This document shows positions 29,201-43,648 of a stretch of DNA of 64,000 nucleotides, piece by piece. Numbering within the stretch: the stretch's first letter is position 1; each line of letters begins with the position of its first letter. A program made the translations under genes and the position numbers. Source of the stretch: Cyanophora paradoxa CCMP329 (Eukaryota; Plantae; Glaucophyta); the NCBI GenBank assembly GCA_004431415.1, contig QPMI01000567.1, forward strand, positions 1 through 64,000, written 5' to 3'. The notes beneath the pieces were generated by a model. It made no database searches. It worked only from the letters and a program-made list of their open reading frames with translations, and had not been told where the DNA came from.

Positions 29201-32200
29201 AGTTGTCCTTCTAACCCAGGGCATGCGCAGAGCCGGCTCTGCCTTCGCGTACGCGTGCGCCCTCGGGCGCGTCGCCGTGACGCGACGACGGTAATGGTGG
29301 CCACTCCGCCCGGATGCCCCGTGCGCCATCCTTCCCCCGCGCCGGGCCCCGCGGCGCTCCTCTGAGGCGGCGGGACAGGCCGCGGGCGGCTGTGGTGAGC
29401 GGGCAGGCCCTCGCGGCCTCCGCCCAGCAGATCATCGCCGCCTCCGCCTCGGGCGTCGGCGTGTGCGCGCCGGCCCCCGCCCCGGCCTCCCGCCCCCCGG
29501 CGCTTGCTGAGAAACAAGCCGCAAGCCGGCGGGGCGCGGGGCGCTGCGGCTCATGGAGGTGGCGGCGCTCGTCCTCGCCGCCGCCCTCAAGGCCGGCAAC
29601 GAGCGCCTGTGCGCCGGCCGCCCCGCCCCGCCCCGCCCCGCCCCCGCCGCCTCGCCCTGAGGGGCGCGGGGTGCCCAGCAGCCTGACGATGGCGGCGGAC
29701 AAGTACGCGAGGCTCTTTGCGCACGCCGACGCCCCCGCGGCCCTCGCCCTGCAGCTCCTCCACCGCCACCGCGTCGACCCCCCGCTCCTCGCCGCCCCCA
29801 TCGCCCACCCCGCCCGCTTCTCCCTCGTCGCCCTCCTCGGCCTGCCCCGCCCCGCCCGCTCGTCCCTCGCAGGGCCTGACGGGGCGGGGCGGGGGCAGAT
29901 CCCGGGGCGGCCTCCTTCACGCCCCTCTTCCGGGCGCACGCGGCCGGCGCCTGAGACCGCGCCATCGCCATGCAGGCGCCCGGACCCCTCCCGCCCCGCC
30001 CCGCCCCGCCCCGCCCCGCCCCGCGCCCTCTGACGGAGCCGCAGGGCGCGCCCCCGCCGCCCCTCCCTGCCCTCGTACACATCCCCGAACTCCTCTTCTC
30101 CCTCGTCTCCAGTGCGCCGTACCCTCCCGAACCCGGCGCGGCGCCTCGTACCCCGCCCGACGCCGGCGCCGCTCCGGCAGACGTCGACGCGCCGCTGGTG
30201 GCCGGCTCGGCGACCTCTTCCACGAGCTCCCCAGCCACGCCAGCGAGCTCCCCAGCCACGCCAGCAGGCCCGTACCCCCCCCCCAACTAGACTCGGCGTA
30301 CCCCCCTCAACCCCGGGCGCGCAGGGCGATGTACAGGGCGCTGCTGGAGGTGCTGGGGGGCCCCGGTACCCCCCAGGACATCGGTCAGGCCTGCCTGGCC
30401 GCCGCCGTCGTCCTCCCCGAGCCCCCCATGGGCGCCCCCGCCGGCGCGCCGCTGGCGCGCTGCAGCACCGCCGGCCGGCGCCGCCGGGCTGCACGGGCGC
30501 CGCCACGGGCCCGCCGGCGCCTCCCAGCAAACACGCTGCTCAACCGTCCGTGCGAGCTTTCTTCGCCCCGCCCTCCCCCCTCCCCCCTAGCTTGCTTCGT
30601 CCGCCGTTTTTTGGAGCGGATCCAACGCTGCCGTTTTTTCGCCCCTCCCCCCCCTCCCCTCTGCCGTTTTTTGGAGCGGAACCAACGCTGACGCTGGCCG
30701 TGCAGCACGCATCCGCCGGCAAAGAGCTCTGACTGACTGAATTCGACTGGCGGTGCAGTGGGTTAGACGTTGCTGTAGCTGCAGCAACGGCGGCCGGGAG
30801 GCTGATCGCGGTGCCGTCCTGCCCCGCCCACCCGAGCATGCGCAGCGGCTTCTGACGGTGCCGCGCCTCTTGGGCCAGGAAGCTGGCGGAAGCCCGGAGC
30901 CAGTGACCATCGCTGTTCCAGCCTGGCTAGCGGATCACACGTACGCCCGTACCCCTTCCGCGGCATCAATATATAACCCCTCCCCGCTCATTCGCTCCGC
31001 ACTACAGGCAGGAAGCAGCGAAGCAGAGAGCAGCGCGCGCCCGAGTTCTTCTGCAGCGACGTCGACCGGCCGAGAGGAAGTCAATTTGATCCGTCATATA
31101 GGGGCAGGAAAGCATGTAGAAAGCGTTTCAGGAAGCATTTTTAGATCAGTGTAGATGCGCTACAATGTCTGAGCAGCGTTTGGTAGTCGGCAACCCGAGA
31201 AATTCGGTCTGCCAGCTGCCATACAAACCCAACCACTGGTGGTTGGGAATGTATGGCAGTTGGCAAGCGAGGGGTACGGGGAAATCCGTGCAAATCGGGC
31301 GAGAATTGTGTTAATTTACGACAAAATTACGACATAAAATAGACCGAATTACCTAATTTTGGGGGGAAGAAACACGAAAATTGCGCTATTTTATCGAAAT
31401 TCCGGCTCCCACCCCCCGATCAAAATCCCCACCGTGTGGCACCAAATTAAAATATTGAGCACGAAATTGGCCACTTCCTAGCGCAAGCTCTAGGTCGCCG
31501 GGCCGGCGCTCCTCGCCCAGGGCGCGTACAGACTCCGCGCATGTTCCAACGCCTTCATAGACATATATATAAGATAGAGCACCCCTGTGAAACTTCAGAA
31601 TCCGGGTTCTCAATAGTAGGCGGGCCTTAGCGCGAAATTGCCTAGGGGCGGCATCGAACCCGGGTTGTTCCATTCCAACAGAATTCTTGAAGTTCGGGTA
31701 CCTTTAGCTGGACTTAACAATAGGAAGCTAGCGACTCCGTGACGGGCCGGAGGTTCCTAGCGAGCTTAGCTGGGTTTATGAGAAGGCTCTATTTCTACAT
31801 GCATCATTGAAGTTGTCCTTCTAACCAGGGCATGCGCAGAGCCGGCTCTGCCTTCGCGTACGCGTGCGCCCTCGGGCGCGTCGCCGTGACGCGACGACGG
31901 TAATGGTGGCCACTCCGCCCCGGATGCCCCGTGCGCCATCCCTTCCCCCGCGCCGGGCCCCGCGGCGCTCCTCTGAGGCGGCGGGACAGGCCGCGGGCGG
32001 CTGTGGTGAGCGGGCAGGCCCTCGCGGCCTCCGCCCAGCAGATCATCGCCGCCTCCGCCTCGGGCGTCGGCGTGTGCGCGCCGGCCCCCGCCCCGGCCTC
32101 CCGCCCCCCGGCGCTTGCTGAGAAACAAGCCGCAAGCCGGCGGGGCGCGGGGCGCTGCGGCTCATGGAGGTGGCGGCGCTCGTCCTCGCCGCCGCCCTCA

Positions 32201-35200
32201 AGGCCGGCAACGAGCGCCTGTGCGCCGGCCGCCCCGCCCCCGCCCCGCCCCGCCCCCGCCGCCTCGCCCTGAGGGGCGCGGGTGCCCAGCAGCCTGACGA
32301 TGGCGGCGGACAAGTACGCGAGGCTCTTTGCGCACGCCGACGCCCCCGCGGCCCTCGCCCTGCAGCTCCTCCACCGCCACCGCGTCGACCCCCCGCTCCT
32401 CGCCGCCCCATCGCCCACCCGCCCGCTTCTCCCTCGTCGCCCTCCTCGGCCTGCCCCGCCCGCCCGCTCGTCCCTCGCAGGGCCTGACGGGGCGGGGCGG
32501 GGGCAGATCCCGGGGCGGCCTCCTTCACGCCCCTCTTCCGGGCGCACGCGGCCGGCGCCTGAGACCGCGCCATCGCCATGCAGGCGCCCGGACCCCTCCG
32601 CCCGCCCCGCCCGCCCCGCCCCGCCCGCGCCCTCTGACGGAGCCGCAGGCGCGCCCCCGCCGCCCCTCCCTGCCCTCGTACACATCCCGAACTCCTCTTC
32701 TCCCTCGTCTCCAGTGCGCCGTACCCCTCCCGAACCCGGCGCGGCGCCTCGTACCCCGCCCCGACGCCGGCGCCGCTCCGGCAGACGTCGACGCGCCGCT
32801 GGTGGCCGGCTCGGCGACCTCTTCCACGAGCTCCCCAGCCACGCCAGCGAGCTCCCCAGCCACGCCAGCAGGCCCGTACCCCCCCCCAACTAGACTCGGC
32901 GTACCCCCTCAACCCCGGGCGCGCAGGGCGATGTACAGGGCGCTGCTGGAGGTGCTGGGGGCCCCGGTACCCCCAGGACATCGGTCAGGCCTGCCTGGCC
33001 GCCGCCGTCGTCCTCCCCGAGCCCCCCATGGGCGCCCCCGCCGGCGCGCCGCTGGCGCGCTGCAGCACCGCCGGCCGGCGCCGCCGGGCTGCACGGGCGC
33101 CGCCACGGGCCCGCCGGCGCCTCCCAGCAAACACGCTGCTCAACCGTCCGTGCGAGCTTTCTTCGCCCCGCCCCCCCCCCCCCCCCCCCCTAGCTTGCTT
33201 CGTCCGCCGTTTTTTGGAGCGGATCCAACGCTGCCGTTTTTTCGCCCCTCCCCCCCCCTCCCCTCTGCCGTTTTTTGGAGCGGAACCAACGCTGACGCTG
33301 GCCGTGCAGCACGCATCCGCCGGCAAAGAGCTCTGACTGACTGAATTCGACTGGCGGTGCAGTGGGTTAGACGTTGCTGTAGCTGCAGCAACGGCGGCCG
33401 GGGAGGCTGATCGCGGTGCCGTCCCTGCCCCGCCCACCCGAGCATGCGCAGCGGCTTCTGACGGTGCCGCGCCTCTTGGGCCAGGAAGCTGGCGGAAGCC
33501 CGGAGCCAGTGACCATCGCTGTTCCAGCCTGGCTAGCGGATCACACGTACGCCCGTACCCTTCCGCGGCATCAATATATAACCCCTCCCCGCTCATTCGC
33601 TCCGCACTACAGGCAGGAAGCAGCGAAGCAGAGAGCAGCGCGCGCCCGAGTTCTTCTGCAGCGACGTCGACCGGCCGAGAGGAAGTCAATTTGATCCGTC
33701 ATATAGGGGCAGGAAAGCATGTAGAAAGCGTTTCAGGAAGCATTTTTAGATCAGTGTAGATGCGCTACAATGTCTGAGCAGCGTTTGGTAGTCGGCAACC
33801 CGAGAAATTCGGTCTGCCAGCTGCCATACAAACCCAACCACTGGTGGTTGGGAATGTATGGCAGTTGGCAAGCGAGGGGTACGGGAAATCCGTGCAAATC
33901 GGGCGAGAATTGTGTTAATTTACGACAAAATTACGACATAAAATAGACCGAATTACCTAATTTTGGGGGAAGAAACACGAAAATTGCGCTATTTTATCGA
34001 AATTCCGGCTCCCACCCCCGATCAAAATCCCCACCGTGTGGCACCAAATTAAAATATTGAGCACGAAATTGGCCACTTCCTAGCGCAAGCTCTAGGTCGC
34101 CGGGCCGGCGCTCCTCGCCCAGGCGCGTACAGACTCCGCGCATGTTCCAACGCCTTCATAGACATATATATAAGATAGAGCACCCCTGTGAAACTTCAGA
34201 ATCCGGGTTCTCAATAGTAGGCGGGCCTTAGCGCGAAATTGCCTAGGGCGGCATCGAACCCGGGTTGTTCCATTCCAACAGAATTCTTGAAGTTCGGGTA
34301 CCTTTAGCTGGACTTAACAATAGGAAGCTAGCGACTCCGTGACGGGCCGGAGGTTCCTAGCGAGCTTAGCTGGGTTTATGAGAAGGCTCTATTTCTACAT
34401 GCATCATTGAAGTTGTCCTTCTAACCCAGGGCATGCGCAGAGCCGGCTCTGCCTTCGCGTACGCGTGCGCCCTCGGGCGCGTCGCCGTGACGCGACGACG
34501 GTAATGGTGGCCACTCCGCCCCGGATGCCCCGTGCGCCATCCCTTCCCCCGCGCCGGGCCCCGCGGCGCTCCTCTGAGGCGGCGGGACAGGCCGCGGGCG
34601 GCTGTGGTGAGCGGGCAGGCCCTCGCGGCCTCCGCCCAGCAGATCATCGCCGCCTCCGCCTCGGGCGTCGGCGTGTGCGCGCCGGCCCCGCCCCGGCCTC
34701 CCGCCCCCGGCGCTTGCTGAGAAACAAGCCGCAAGCCGGCGGGGCGCGGGGCGCTGCGGCTCATGGAGGTGGCGGCGCTCGTCCTCGCCGCCGCCCTCAA
34801 GGCCGGCAACGAGCGCCTGTGCGCCGGCCGCCCCGCCCCCGCCCCCGCCCCGCCCCCGCCGCCTCGCCCTGAGGGGCGCGGGGTGCCCAGCAGCCTGACG
34901 ATGGCGGCGGACAAGTACGCGAGGCTCTTTGCGCACGCCGACGCCCCCGCGGCCCTCGCCCTGCAGCTCCTCCACCGCCACCGCGTCGACCCCCGCTCCT
35001 CGCCGCCCCATCGCCCACCCCGCCCGCTTCTCCCTCGTCGCCCTCCTCGCCTGCCCGCCCGCCCGCTCGTCCCTCGCAGGGCCTGACGGGGCGGGCGGGG
35101 GCAGATCCCGGGGCGGCCTCCTTCACGCCCCTCTTCCGGGCGCACGCGGCCGGCGCCTGAGACCGCGCCATCGCCATGCAGGCGCCCGGACCCCTCCCGC

Positions 35201-35385
35201 CCCGCCCGCCCCGCCCCGCCCCGCCCCGCGCCCTCTGACGGAGCCGCAGGGCGCGCCCCCGCCGCCCCTCCCTGCCCTCGTACACATCCCCGAACTCCTC
35301 TTCTCCCTCGTCTCCAGTGCGCCGTACCCCTCCCGAACCCGGCGCGGCGCCTCGTACCCCGCCCCGACGCCGGCGCCGCTCCGGC
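26284..35385. repeat. Array 1 of the 2.6-kb element: terminal fragment 26284-26578, full units 26579-29179, 29180-31789 and 31790-34389, truncated unit 34390-35385
   Basis: Recurring junction GAGAAGGCTC|TATTTCTACATG; units are near-identical apart from homopolymer indels. Confidence 0.95.
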
Positions 35386-35554
35386 GCCGCCCGATGGTGA
35401 CCCTGTTGCTAAATACACTGAGTGTGATAACAATATTAAAGCAATGACATCCAACCTTCAAACACTTTCAGTTGCCTACCAATCCCTTGGATCGAATTTA
35501 ATCACTTTGGCTTGATTGCAGTTTATTTTTCTTTCCTTCTTAGTAAAAGAAGCA

Positions 35555-36407
35555 ATGGGTGAATATAATCGAGTTCAACTGCCTATATATTCCCTTGGAT
35601 CCCCTGCAATGCATTTTCGCCAGCATGAAGTAAATGATGAGGTTCGTGGTTTAGAATCCACAGAGAGACCCAATTCCAATGGCAACTCCTTTGATAAAAA
35701 TTCGATTATTCGAGTTAAAGAGCTGAGAGCTGATAAGAATTCTGGTGTGGTTAAAACAACTCGACTTCTTGTCACAAATGCTAACTTCTTTCAGCCTACT
35801 AATGGAGGTCCTGATGCTTACAGTGTTGATCTGAAAGCCCTTGATTATGATAAAACACTGCTGCTGTAACTGTGAGATCAGGAGGAGCATTTATTGGTGG
35901 TGGCTGCAGAGTTTCAGGTCAGCTATCTTCATCTGTTTCCTACAATGATGTCCCAGATACTCTCGAACAAAATGTGGAGAACCCACAACGAATTCGTTTC
36001 TACACACCTGTTGCACAGCAACCTTTTTTGCATTTCTATGTTGCATCCTCTGTAACTCTTGAGAATTCGGAATTAGTTTCCATTACAGGAACTGATCGAG
36101 TAAGAAGAAATATTCCTCTTCCACTGCAATGCTTTCCATGTGTAGAGCCAATAATAATCAACCAGGACACAACTACTTATTCTTTGTTCAAGCTTCGAAC
36201 CATTTTGGCAGAGGATATTGTGTTTATAACAATTTGACATTTACCTATGATCTGTTTGTCACTGAGGTTGGAGTATACAATACTATGATTATGGGACTGA
36301 GAACAGATATAGCAGCTGTATCAGCACTTCGTGGGGTAAATGTTGCTGATATATTCACAACAGGATTTTACCAAGAATTAGATGTAATTGATGACCCAAC
36401 CCCATAA
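35555..36407 (+). CDS. Duplicate of spike-like protein A (frameshifted)
   Basis: Same sequence as 13689-14543 with 1-bp deletions. Confidence 0.7.
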
Positions 36408-36430
36408 AAGATATATCCCTTTAATGTAAA

Positions 36431-37263
36431 ATGGCTGAGCAACCCCCACTTGAACGAATTATTACACCTCAGCTATCATTAGCTGCACCAGCAAACCATG
36501 TTCTGCAGCATGCTACTTTTGATGATGTAGAGGGTCTCCAATCAACAGAGGTCCAACCTACAATGAACACCTTTGGTTCCACCCATAAACTGAGATTACA
36601 GGAACTCAGATGTGATAAAAATAATGGAATAGTTAAGACAACTAAGCTACTTGTTACCAATGCAAACTTTTCTGCTCATTATGGAGACCCAGATAGCTAT
36701 GGAGATCCTCTTTCTACTTATTCTTTTGAATCTAGGTCGGGAGCTATTAACTGCAAATCGGGGGAGCTTATATTGGTGATGGTCTTAGGGTTGGTGGGGC
36801 TGTTGGAGCGCCTTTATTTGTGAATGATCAACCCAATCCCATTGATCCCAATACAAGAATTCGAACCTATGTCCCCAGCATGAATGCCCCCTATATAATC
36901 AAAATATTCCCCATTGTAGTAAATGAACAGACAGCAGTAGTAGATTCTCTTGTTGAGATTGGTGACCACTACAAGGTTGTTGTGGATATTCCACCAGATG
37001 TATATGCTGTATGTCAAGTGGAGGGTGGAACTCCTAATTTTGCAGTTGTGATCACCCCATATGATAATTTTGGTATTGCTTATCATGGAGTCAATTTCGG
37101 TTTGGAAGACTATCAGTTTCTGGTTAGAGCCACCAAGTTTGGTATCTACAAGTGTGTATTATATGCTGAGAGAACCGATTTTATTGCAAAGCAGAATACC
37201 TATGCTGAATACTATGGGACAAATCGATATTTCCCCATTTTTGGGCAGGATACTGCTCCATAA
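36431..37263 (+). CDS. Duplicate of spike-like protein B (frameshifted)
   Basis: Same sequence as 14567-15400 with a G-run deletion. Confidence 0.7.
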
Positions 37264-37285
37264 GAATATTGGTTATATATAGAGT

Positions 37286-37556
37286 ATGGATAGTAAAACA
37301 AAAAGTTTATTGATGCTGCTATGACAGTTCATGGTAAAGATAAATTCGATTACAGTGAGACACATTACATCAAAGCTCAAGAGAAAGTATCTGTTAGATG
37401 TTTGCAGTGTAATAAGGTGATCCTTACCTATCCCTTTAATCATGTGAAGGGATCAGGTTGCAGGGAATGCAACAAAAAACATTCTCAGGCTTACAGGAAA
37501 AGGGCTTCTTCATCAATCACAGTGGAATATAGGATGTTTGCATTAGGTTCGATTAG
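37286..37556 (+). CDS. Duplicate of the DUF723-like zinc-ribbon protein (frameshifted)
   Basis: Same sequence as 15423-15695 with 1-bp deletions. Confidence 0.6.
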
Positions 37557-37585
37557 GTTTAATTAATTTTTCTAAGGTATTCTTA

Positions 37586-37984
37586 ATGGAGACTCAATAC
37601 AGAGGCTTTCATGTTATGCTTGATTACAAGGCTAAATCAGCTATTGCAACAGGACATGAGCATGTTAGCTTCCTAGGTAATTGGATTATGGGAACCCTTG
37701 AACAAGCTATATTAAGACAAGGCATAAGAATTGTTCATAAACACTGTGAGATATTTGATGGGAAACTATCACCTCCTGGATTTGCATTGGTTCTGCTATT
37801 AGATGAAAGCCATTGCACAGCTCATTGTTATTCCAATGAAGGCATGTTAGCAATTGATATATTCAGTTGTGGTAAAGAAGCTCAGCATAAAACACAAGCA
37901 GTAGCAGATGAGATAGATAAAACAATGAATTTCCTCACATTTGAGAAGACTGAGAGAAATAAACATGAAAGATTCCCGTTTTGA
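37586..37984 (+). CDS. speD: Duplicate S-adenosylmethionine decarboxylase, intact
   Basis: Protein identical to 15725-16123. Confidence 0.9.
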   Translation: METQYRGFHVMLDYKAKSAIATGHEHVSFLGNWIMGTLEQAILRQGIRIVHKHCEIFDGKLSPPGFALVLLLDESHCTAHCYSNEGMLAIDIFSCGKEAQHKTQAVADEIDKTMNFLTFEKTERNKHERFPF

Positions 37985-38982
37985 TGAGTTTCTATAATGA
38001 TTTGTTAAAGGATTCCTTTGTTTTCTAACAATAACATTGATCAGCTACTGTTACAAAAGGATATAATATATCCATTTCCTACAGTAGCTTTCTACAATGA
38101 TTATTTTCCGGATTCCGGTTATTGTTTACAGTAGAAATCTAATGTATGATGTAGCCGAAATATGAATGCACCCTACACCTTCAGGTGTAAGATTTCGAAT
38201 ACTATTCGATTTCCTTACACTAAAACTCAGCATCTGCCCTAGATTCCCCTATTATATAATATTTATATTAAAGTGGACTCAAGGTTGACTCATATTAATC
38301 GTAAAAGTAGTAATAGTATATGGATTTTGTTACGAATTCAATGCAAGGGTTGACTAAGTGGGTTGAGTTGACTCAAATTTCACAGGAAATATTTGGGACC
38401 TAAAGTTTCTAAAAAGGATTTCAAAAAATGTGTCAACTCCCCCACTTAGTCAACCCTGACCATAAACAGTAAGGATTTGAGCTAACATGTATCACAAAGT
38501 GAACATTTTGAGTCCACTTAGAAGATCCACTTTTGAAATCCAAGTTGATTTTGCTTGAAATTTCAAAGTTGATCTAAAAGTGAGTCCACCCTGATTGATT
38601 ATGGTAACAAAGTTGACTAAGTTGACTAAGTTGAGTCATCTTAAGAAATTCAAAGAGACTAAGAGTTCAAAATGTTTATGAAAAGTGAGTCAACTTAGAC
38701 CACTTCTGATAACAAAGTTAAATATTTAATTGATTTAATCGGAAAAGAACATGATTTAATCGAATTTATTGATATAATTCCGATTAGATTCATTTAGGAT
38801 TCAATTAAGATCAATCGAAGTTATTGATATAATTCCGATTAACTACAATTAAGATACAATATCGATTAATCGAGTTTATCGATATAACATCGATTAAATT
38901 AATTGAAAATGCATATAAAAATATGAAAATTCAGGTGAAAATTCAAATAAATTAATCGATTTTATTGATATAACATCGAATC

Positions 38983-39055
38983 ACACATATGAATATTCAT
39001 ATTTTAATCCTGAGGCGGAACGCCGAGGGATTAAAATATGAATATTCATATGTGT
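38983..39055. repeat. Duplicate of the viral terminal hairpin
   Basis: Same 28-bp inverted repeat as 17125-17197. Confidence 0.9.
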
Positions 39056-39321
39056 ATAGTGTTATAAAATATCCGAACCGAGACGGCGCCGGTCTTCGCG
39101 GCGACGGGGCGACCGAAGCGAAGAACGTGACGAGCGAGCCAGCGGTCTGACGGGATCGGAGGCGGGCTCGAATTCAGAGCCGTTGCGTGGAAGAGGTTTT
39201 TATATTGAGCACCTTGGCATCAGCGAGGTTCACGCCAGACTTCGTGGCCTCCTGGTTAACGACCTGCAGTAAAAGGCTGCATTCAGACTGCGAAAGAGAC
39301 CGAATAAAACGACGCTGGAAT

Positions 39322-42300
39322 TCAAGGGCGGACGTTCATGACGTTGGTGAGGGCGCCGGAGAGGGACGAGAGGATGTCACTGCTGGCCCGGTGGTCTGAC
39401 GCAGGGCGCGCCGCAGGCGCAGCTTCACGCCGGACGCGCTGCTGTAGTAGGACTTCAGCGTCTCGACCAGGGCGAGGATCTTCTGCAGCTTAGTCTCGAA
39501 CGCGTCGTTGCTCTGCCGCAGGGCGTCAAGGTACGATCGCGGGCGAAGAAACCACTGGCTGATCATGAAAGTGTCTGAAACGCGGACCTGGGTGATCGCC
39601 GTCATCTGCGAATTGAACGTGTCGACGACGCTCTGCGATGCGTGAGCAAAGTCAGATGACAATGCAAGAGAACGGATGCTTTCGAATTTAAGAGTGAAGC
39701 ACCTTGAAAGCGGCCACGGCGTCCGCGGAGGTGTTCGTGGAGACCAACGGCTTCACCTCCACCGCAGTGGTGATGGGAAGGAGGCGGTCAGCCCCTTCGT
39801 GTCCTTGACGACGACCGTGAGCTTGGCGTCTTCGTCGTGCCGTCGTTCTGCAACACGAAATTCATTTCCGTGCCTTGAGTGCATTAATTCTATCTAGATC
39901 TATCGAGGAAGACGCACAGAAGGAAGAAGAAGTCGATGGTCGGCGTGGTAGAGTCGATCGCGAGCGGCGAAGCGAAGATGTCGGCGCGGACGGTGTACCT
40001 GCATCAGATATTAATGTGTGCGAAAAGCTGCAGCTGACGTGCGCGTGAATGTCGAGGTCGGGCTGCTCACACGAGGGGGGTAGAAGCGGACTGCCAGCCA
40101 GAGCACGTCACCTGCGGGCAGAGTTTCAAGTTTAATTTGAACTCGTCGTGAATGTAAAGCTTGAGGCTAACTCACCGTGACCTTGTCGAGGGCCGCCTGG
40201 GCGGAGAGCGGGGAGACCGAGCACGAGCCTCCAGTGGGAGGAGAGCTGGAATCGACCGGGCCCGGGGTCGTGACGTCGACGACGGGGGTCGGTGTGGGCT
40301 CGGGCTCGGGCGCCGGGGTCGGAGACGGCGTGGGCGTGGGGGACGGCGAAGGCGTCTGCGACGGGGTCGGTGACGGGCTGGGCGTCTGGCTGGGCGTCGG
40401 CGTCGGCGGCCGAGTCGGCTGCGGTGCGAGCGGCCCAGTAAAGACTGCCGCGAAGGTGCAGCCATCAGCACTCGCGCGCGCGCGAGGGTAATATCTGATC
40501 AACAGAGCGGTGACCACGCACGGCGCATTCCCCAAGCCTCGGGCCGCACCCACGCCGCCGGGCTCGTCAGAGCCGGGCAGGTGGTCGCAAAGCCGGTGGC
40601 CGAGTAGGTATAGGGGGTGAAGATGAAGTCGTCGTCGCTCTCGTCCGCCGTTCCCTTATCATCGAGGCTTTCCGCCTCGACCACCCTCGACAGCGTTTTT
40701 GCTGTGCAGGTCCGCGTGGTGTCAATTCGCCGGCTTCGGTAGCCTCCAACCACGTATCTGCAACGTGCCGGGTGCATTGTGAGCGTGGCTTGCGCAAACA
40801 AAGAAAAGTATGTTACAAAACGCGCACATGTTGCAGTCACCGTCGTACGCACTCGCCCCGAACGCCAAGAGGGGGCGCTTCCGATGAGCACTTGTGAGCG
40901 CAGTGCTCGTCAGCGCCGCCTGCGAGGTGGCCTTATCGTTGATGAAGTCAGTGCCCGCCGTCCAGGTGACCGCCTTGTCCGTCGTGCCGAAGGTCATCTG
41001 GCCGGGGGACGGGAAGCTGGTGTCCAGGTACACCATGCTCGACGGGGCCGTCTTGAGGTTGGTCACGTTGCTGGCTGTGATCGCCGATTTCGCAATTAAT
41101 TGCAAGGCAAACAGCGGAAACGGTATTCACGCAAGCGTATATAGTTATGAAATACAGTCTAGTCTACTACAACCCGCAACGCACTCTGTGGATCGTAAAC
41201 CGCAACGGTTGCGTCTCCGGTCCATCGCCCCTCTTTGAACATAGTCTCGTTGTAATATACTCCGGACCACCCGCTGAAAGAGACGAGGCTGTACATGAAG
41301 AGCTTGTTGTTGCAAATCCCAACAAACGGCGCTTCAAGGGCCGCTGCGTAAGTGTCATCGACTTCTGTTAGCTCTACTCCTGCCGCCGCAGCTTCGCTTG
41401 ATGTCAACGTTTTCGTTTCCGATGGCCTGGGCCAGACGTCAAAGTGCTCTGACATGTTCCGAGCTTGCAAGTCGATGACACTGCAATGCATACCCGGGGC
41501 CGTCACGCAAATGAAATGAAAGGATGTAAATATAATCAAGAACAGCTCAAACAAATTTGCGCACAAGAGGGTGTTCATTGCTGAAGACGCGACGTAACCA
41601 TCGAATGCATCTTTCGTTTCGACCCCGCCAACGACGTACCAGTTCTTCCCTGTGATAATGGTGCGCATGCGTTGGCCGTCTTTTGCGCACAGCAAAAAGC
41701 AGCATCGCACCGTCGCGAGCGCAGCTCATGAAGGCGTTCTTCCGAATTTTATTGCCCAATGTGTCCTGGTTCAGTGTCCCAGCGTCATCATATTCCGGCG
41801 GGTTGGGAAAATCGAGAATCGTCTCCCACGTGCCGTTCGTGATGTTGTACCTGCACAATTTCGGTACCGTTATGAATCTTCAGAAACGTTTGCAGTAATC
41901 GATAAGCACCGCGCGCACCGGTAAATGTTGATATTTGCGCCGGAGTTCCCATCCGGAAGCCCATACACCCCGCCCACAATCTATGAGGTGCGAAAATTGA
42001 CTTCAATATAAAAAACTTGTAAGCAGTATGACTATAATAGATAATTGTACCCAGACGCCATCTTCGAAGACAGTCATGCACGCGCCGTAGACCCACCGTT
42101 CGGAATGGGCGCGAGCTCGGTGATCGTTCCCAGGCTGGTGTCCACGCTGTAGAACTTGTCGGAGGAGAGCGGATACTGGGGAACCTTCGCCGAATTTTCA
42201 TCGTTCGAATCCAACAGATCGTACTTGAAGCCCGAGACGCCGCCGCCGCAGTAGATCCTGCTGGACTCGCCGACGACCTCGTCCCAGGCGCAGTGCGACC

Positions 42301-43078
42301 AGATCGTTGCGTTCGGCGCAGTGAGCGGCGCCTTCGTGAACGACCAGACCGAGATAGGGCCGCCGCCTGCGTTTTCCCGACATCATGATTAGCTGGTTAC
42401 ATAAACAGCCGCATCATAGCTATCTCCAAAGACTTCTGCGCAGAAACGAACGCATCGAAGAACAAACGCACTGATATCTGCGGACCAGAAGTCGTCTAGC
42501 AGCGCTGAAGTGACAGCCTGCATAGTTGTCACTCCCGCAACGCTCTTGTGCTTCCATATCTGGTCATAAAAGATTGCTCCATCGGGTTGCGGGTTTGGTA
42601 CTTGGACACTGTCGTAAGGTCGCCACTCCTCGAACGCGTCTCCGCTGCCGCCCTTCTGGCCGCCGTGGATGAGCATCCGGGCGTTGCCCGAGGGGTCCTT
42701 GTAGTACACGCTGGCCGCCCCGCCCGCTTGAGCGTCGGGTTGGCGGTGGCCGCCTGGTTGAGGCCGTCATTGTACAGCGTGCGGATGTGGTACTCGGCTG
42801 CCGCAGTGCGTAGCGCGTTAGCGCGCATGCGGAGCTCGAGATCTAGAGGCCGCATCGTGCATGTTTATTATGCGTATTCAAGCCCGGAAGGCCATGATCA
42901 TGAGGGCACACTCAGGTCGGGAAAGCCGCGCGCTACACCTATATATCCCATGGCCAGCAGCGTGCGCACCTGACACGCCGGAGAAGGCGGCGGCCAGGAG
43001 CGCGATTGCAAGCGCCAGGAGCGCGCCTGTGCCTGCGGCCGGACTCCCACGACGCATCGTTATCTTCAACTTAGCCAT
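39322..43078 (-). CDS. Duplicate of the multi-exon Kelch-like secreted host gene
   Basis: Same ORF patches as 17465-21228. Confidence 0.65.
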
Positions 43079-43387
43079 ATATCCGTGGCCGCCAGGCGTC
43101 TAGAGCTAGACTCTAGATCTAGTACAGCCGCTGAACTGCGAACTGCTGCTGGCCCAGTGCATGCGCAGCCTGCTGCTGCTCCTGAGCTCAAGATCTCAGA
43201 GTCTGTGAGGCTGTGTGCCACAGACTGGCTCACAGTGAGCAGGTCCGACGGTCAGAGCGACCGTTGCAAAAAGCGTTATTTTTTGTCCCATATCAGAGAA
43301 GCTGATACTTCAAATACTCCATCGCCAACCTCTAGAATAGAAACTGAAATAGTAGACTCAGTTGTACTAGGCCCCGTAACTAGGGTA

Positions 43388-43648
43388 CCGTAGAGCAGGA
43401 AAATAGTGGGCCGGAAATTAGTGGACTAGAAAACTTGGCCCTCCCTTAGGCAAAATACTGGAGCCCGAAATTAGTGGACCAAAACCTTCTCAGGCTTGTA
43501 TGGGGCGGTAATTTTGGGGGGTACTGTATGGGGCAGCCTAGCAGCAGGGAAATACTGGAGCCCGAAATTAGTGGACTGAGTCAAGTTTTCGGTCCACTAA
43601 TTTCGGGCTCCACTAATTTTCTGCGTCCAGTATTTTCCTGCTCTACGG
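43388..43648. mobile_element. Duplicate of MITE 21539-21799
   Basis: Same TIRs and TA flanks. Confidence 0.85.

Noticed and set aside
23646-35454. Many long overlapping Arg/Gly/Pro/Ala-rich ORFs in the minisatellite and 2.6-kb units (also 44.2-52.5 kb)
   Set aside because: These are expected from stop-poor, very GC-rich repeats. Frames differ between near-identical units and show no recognisable domains, although captured exon fragments cannot be excluded.
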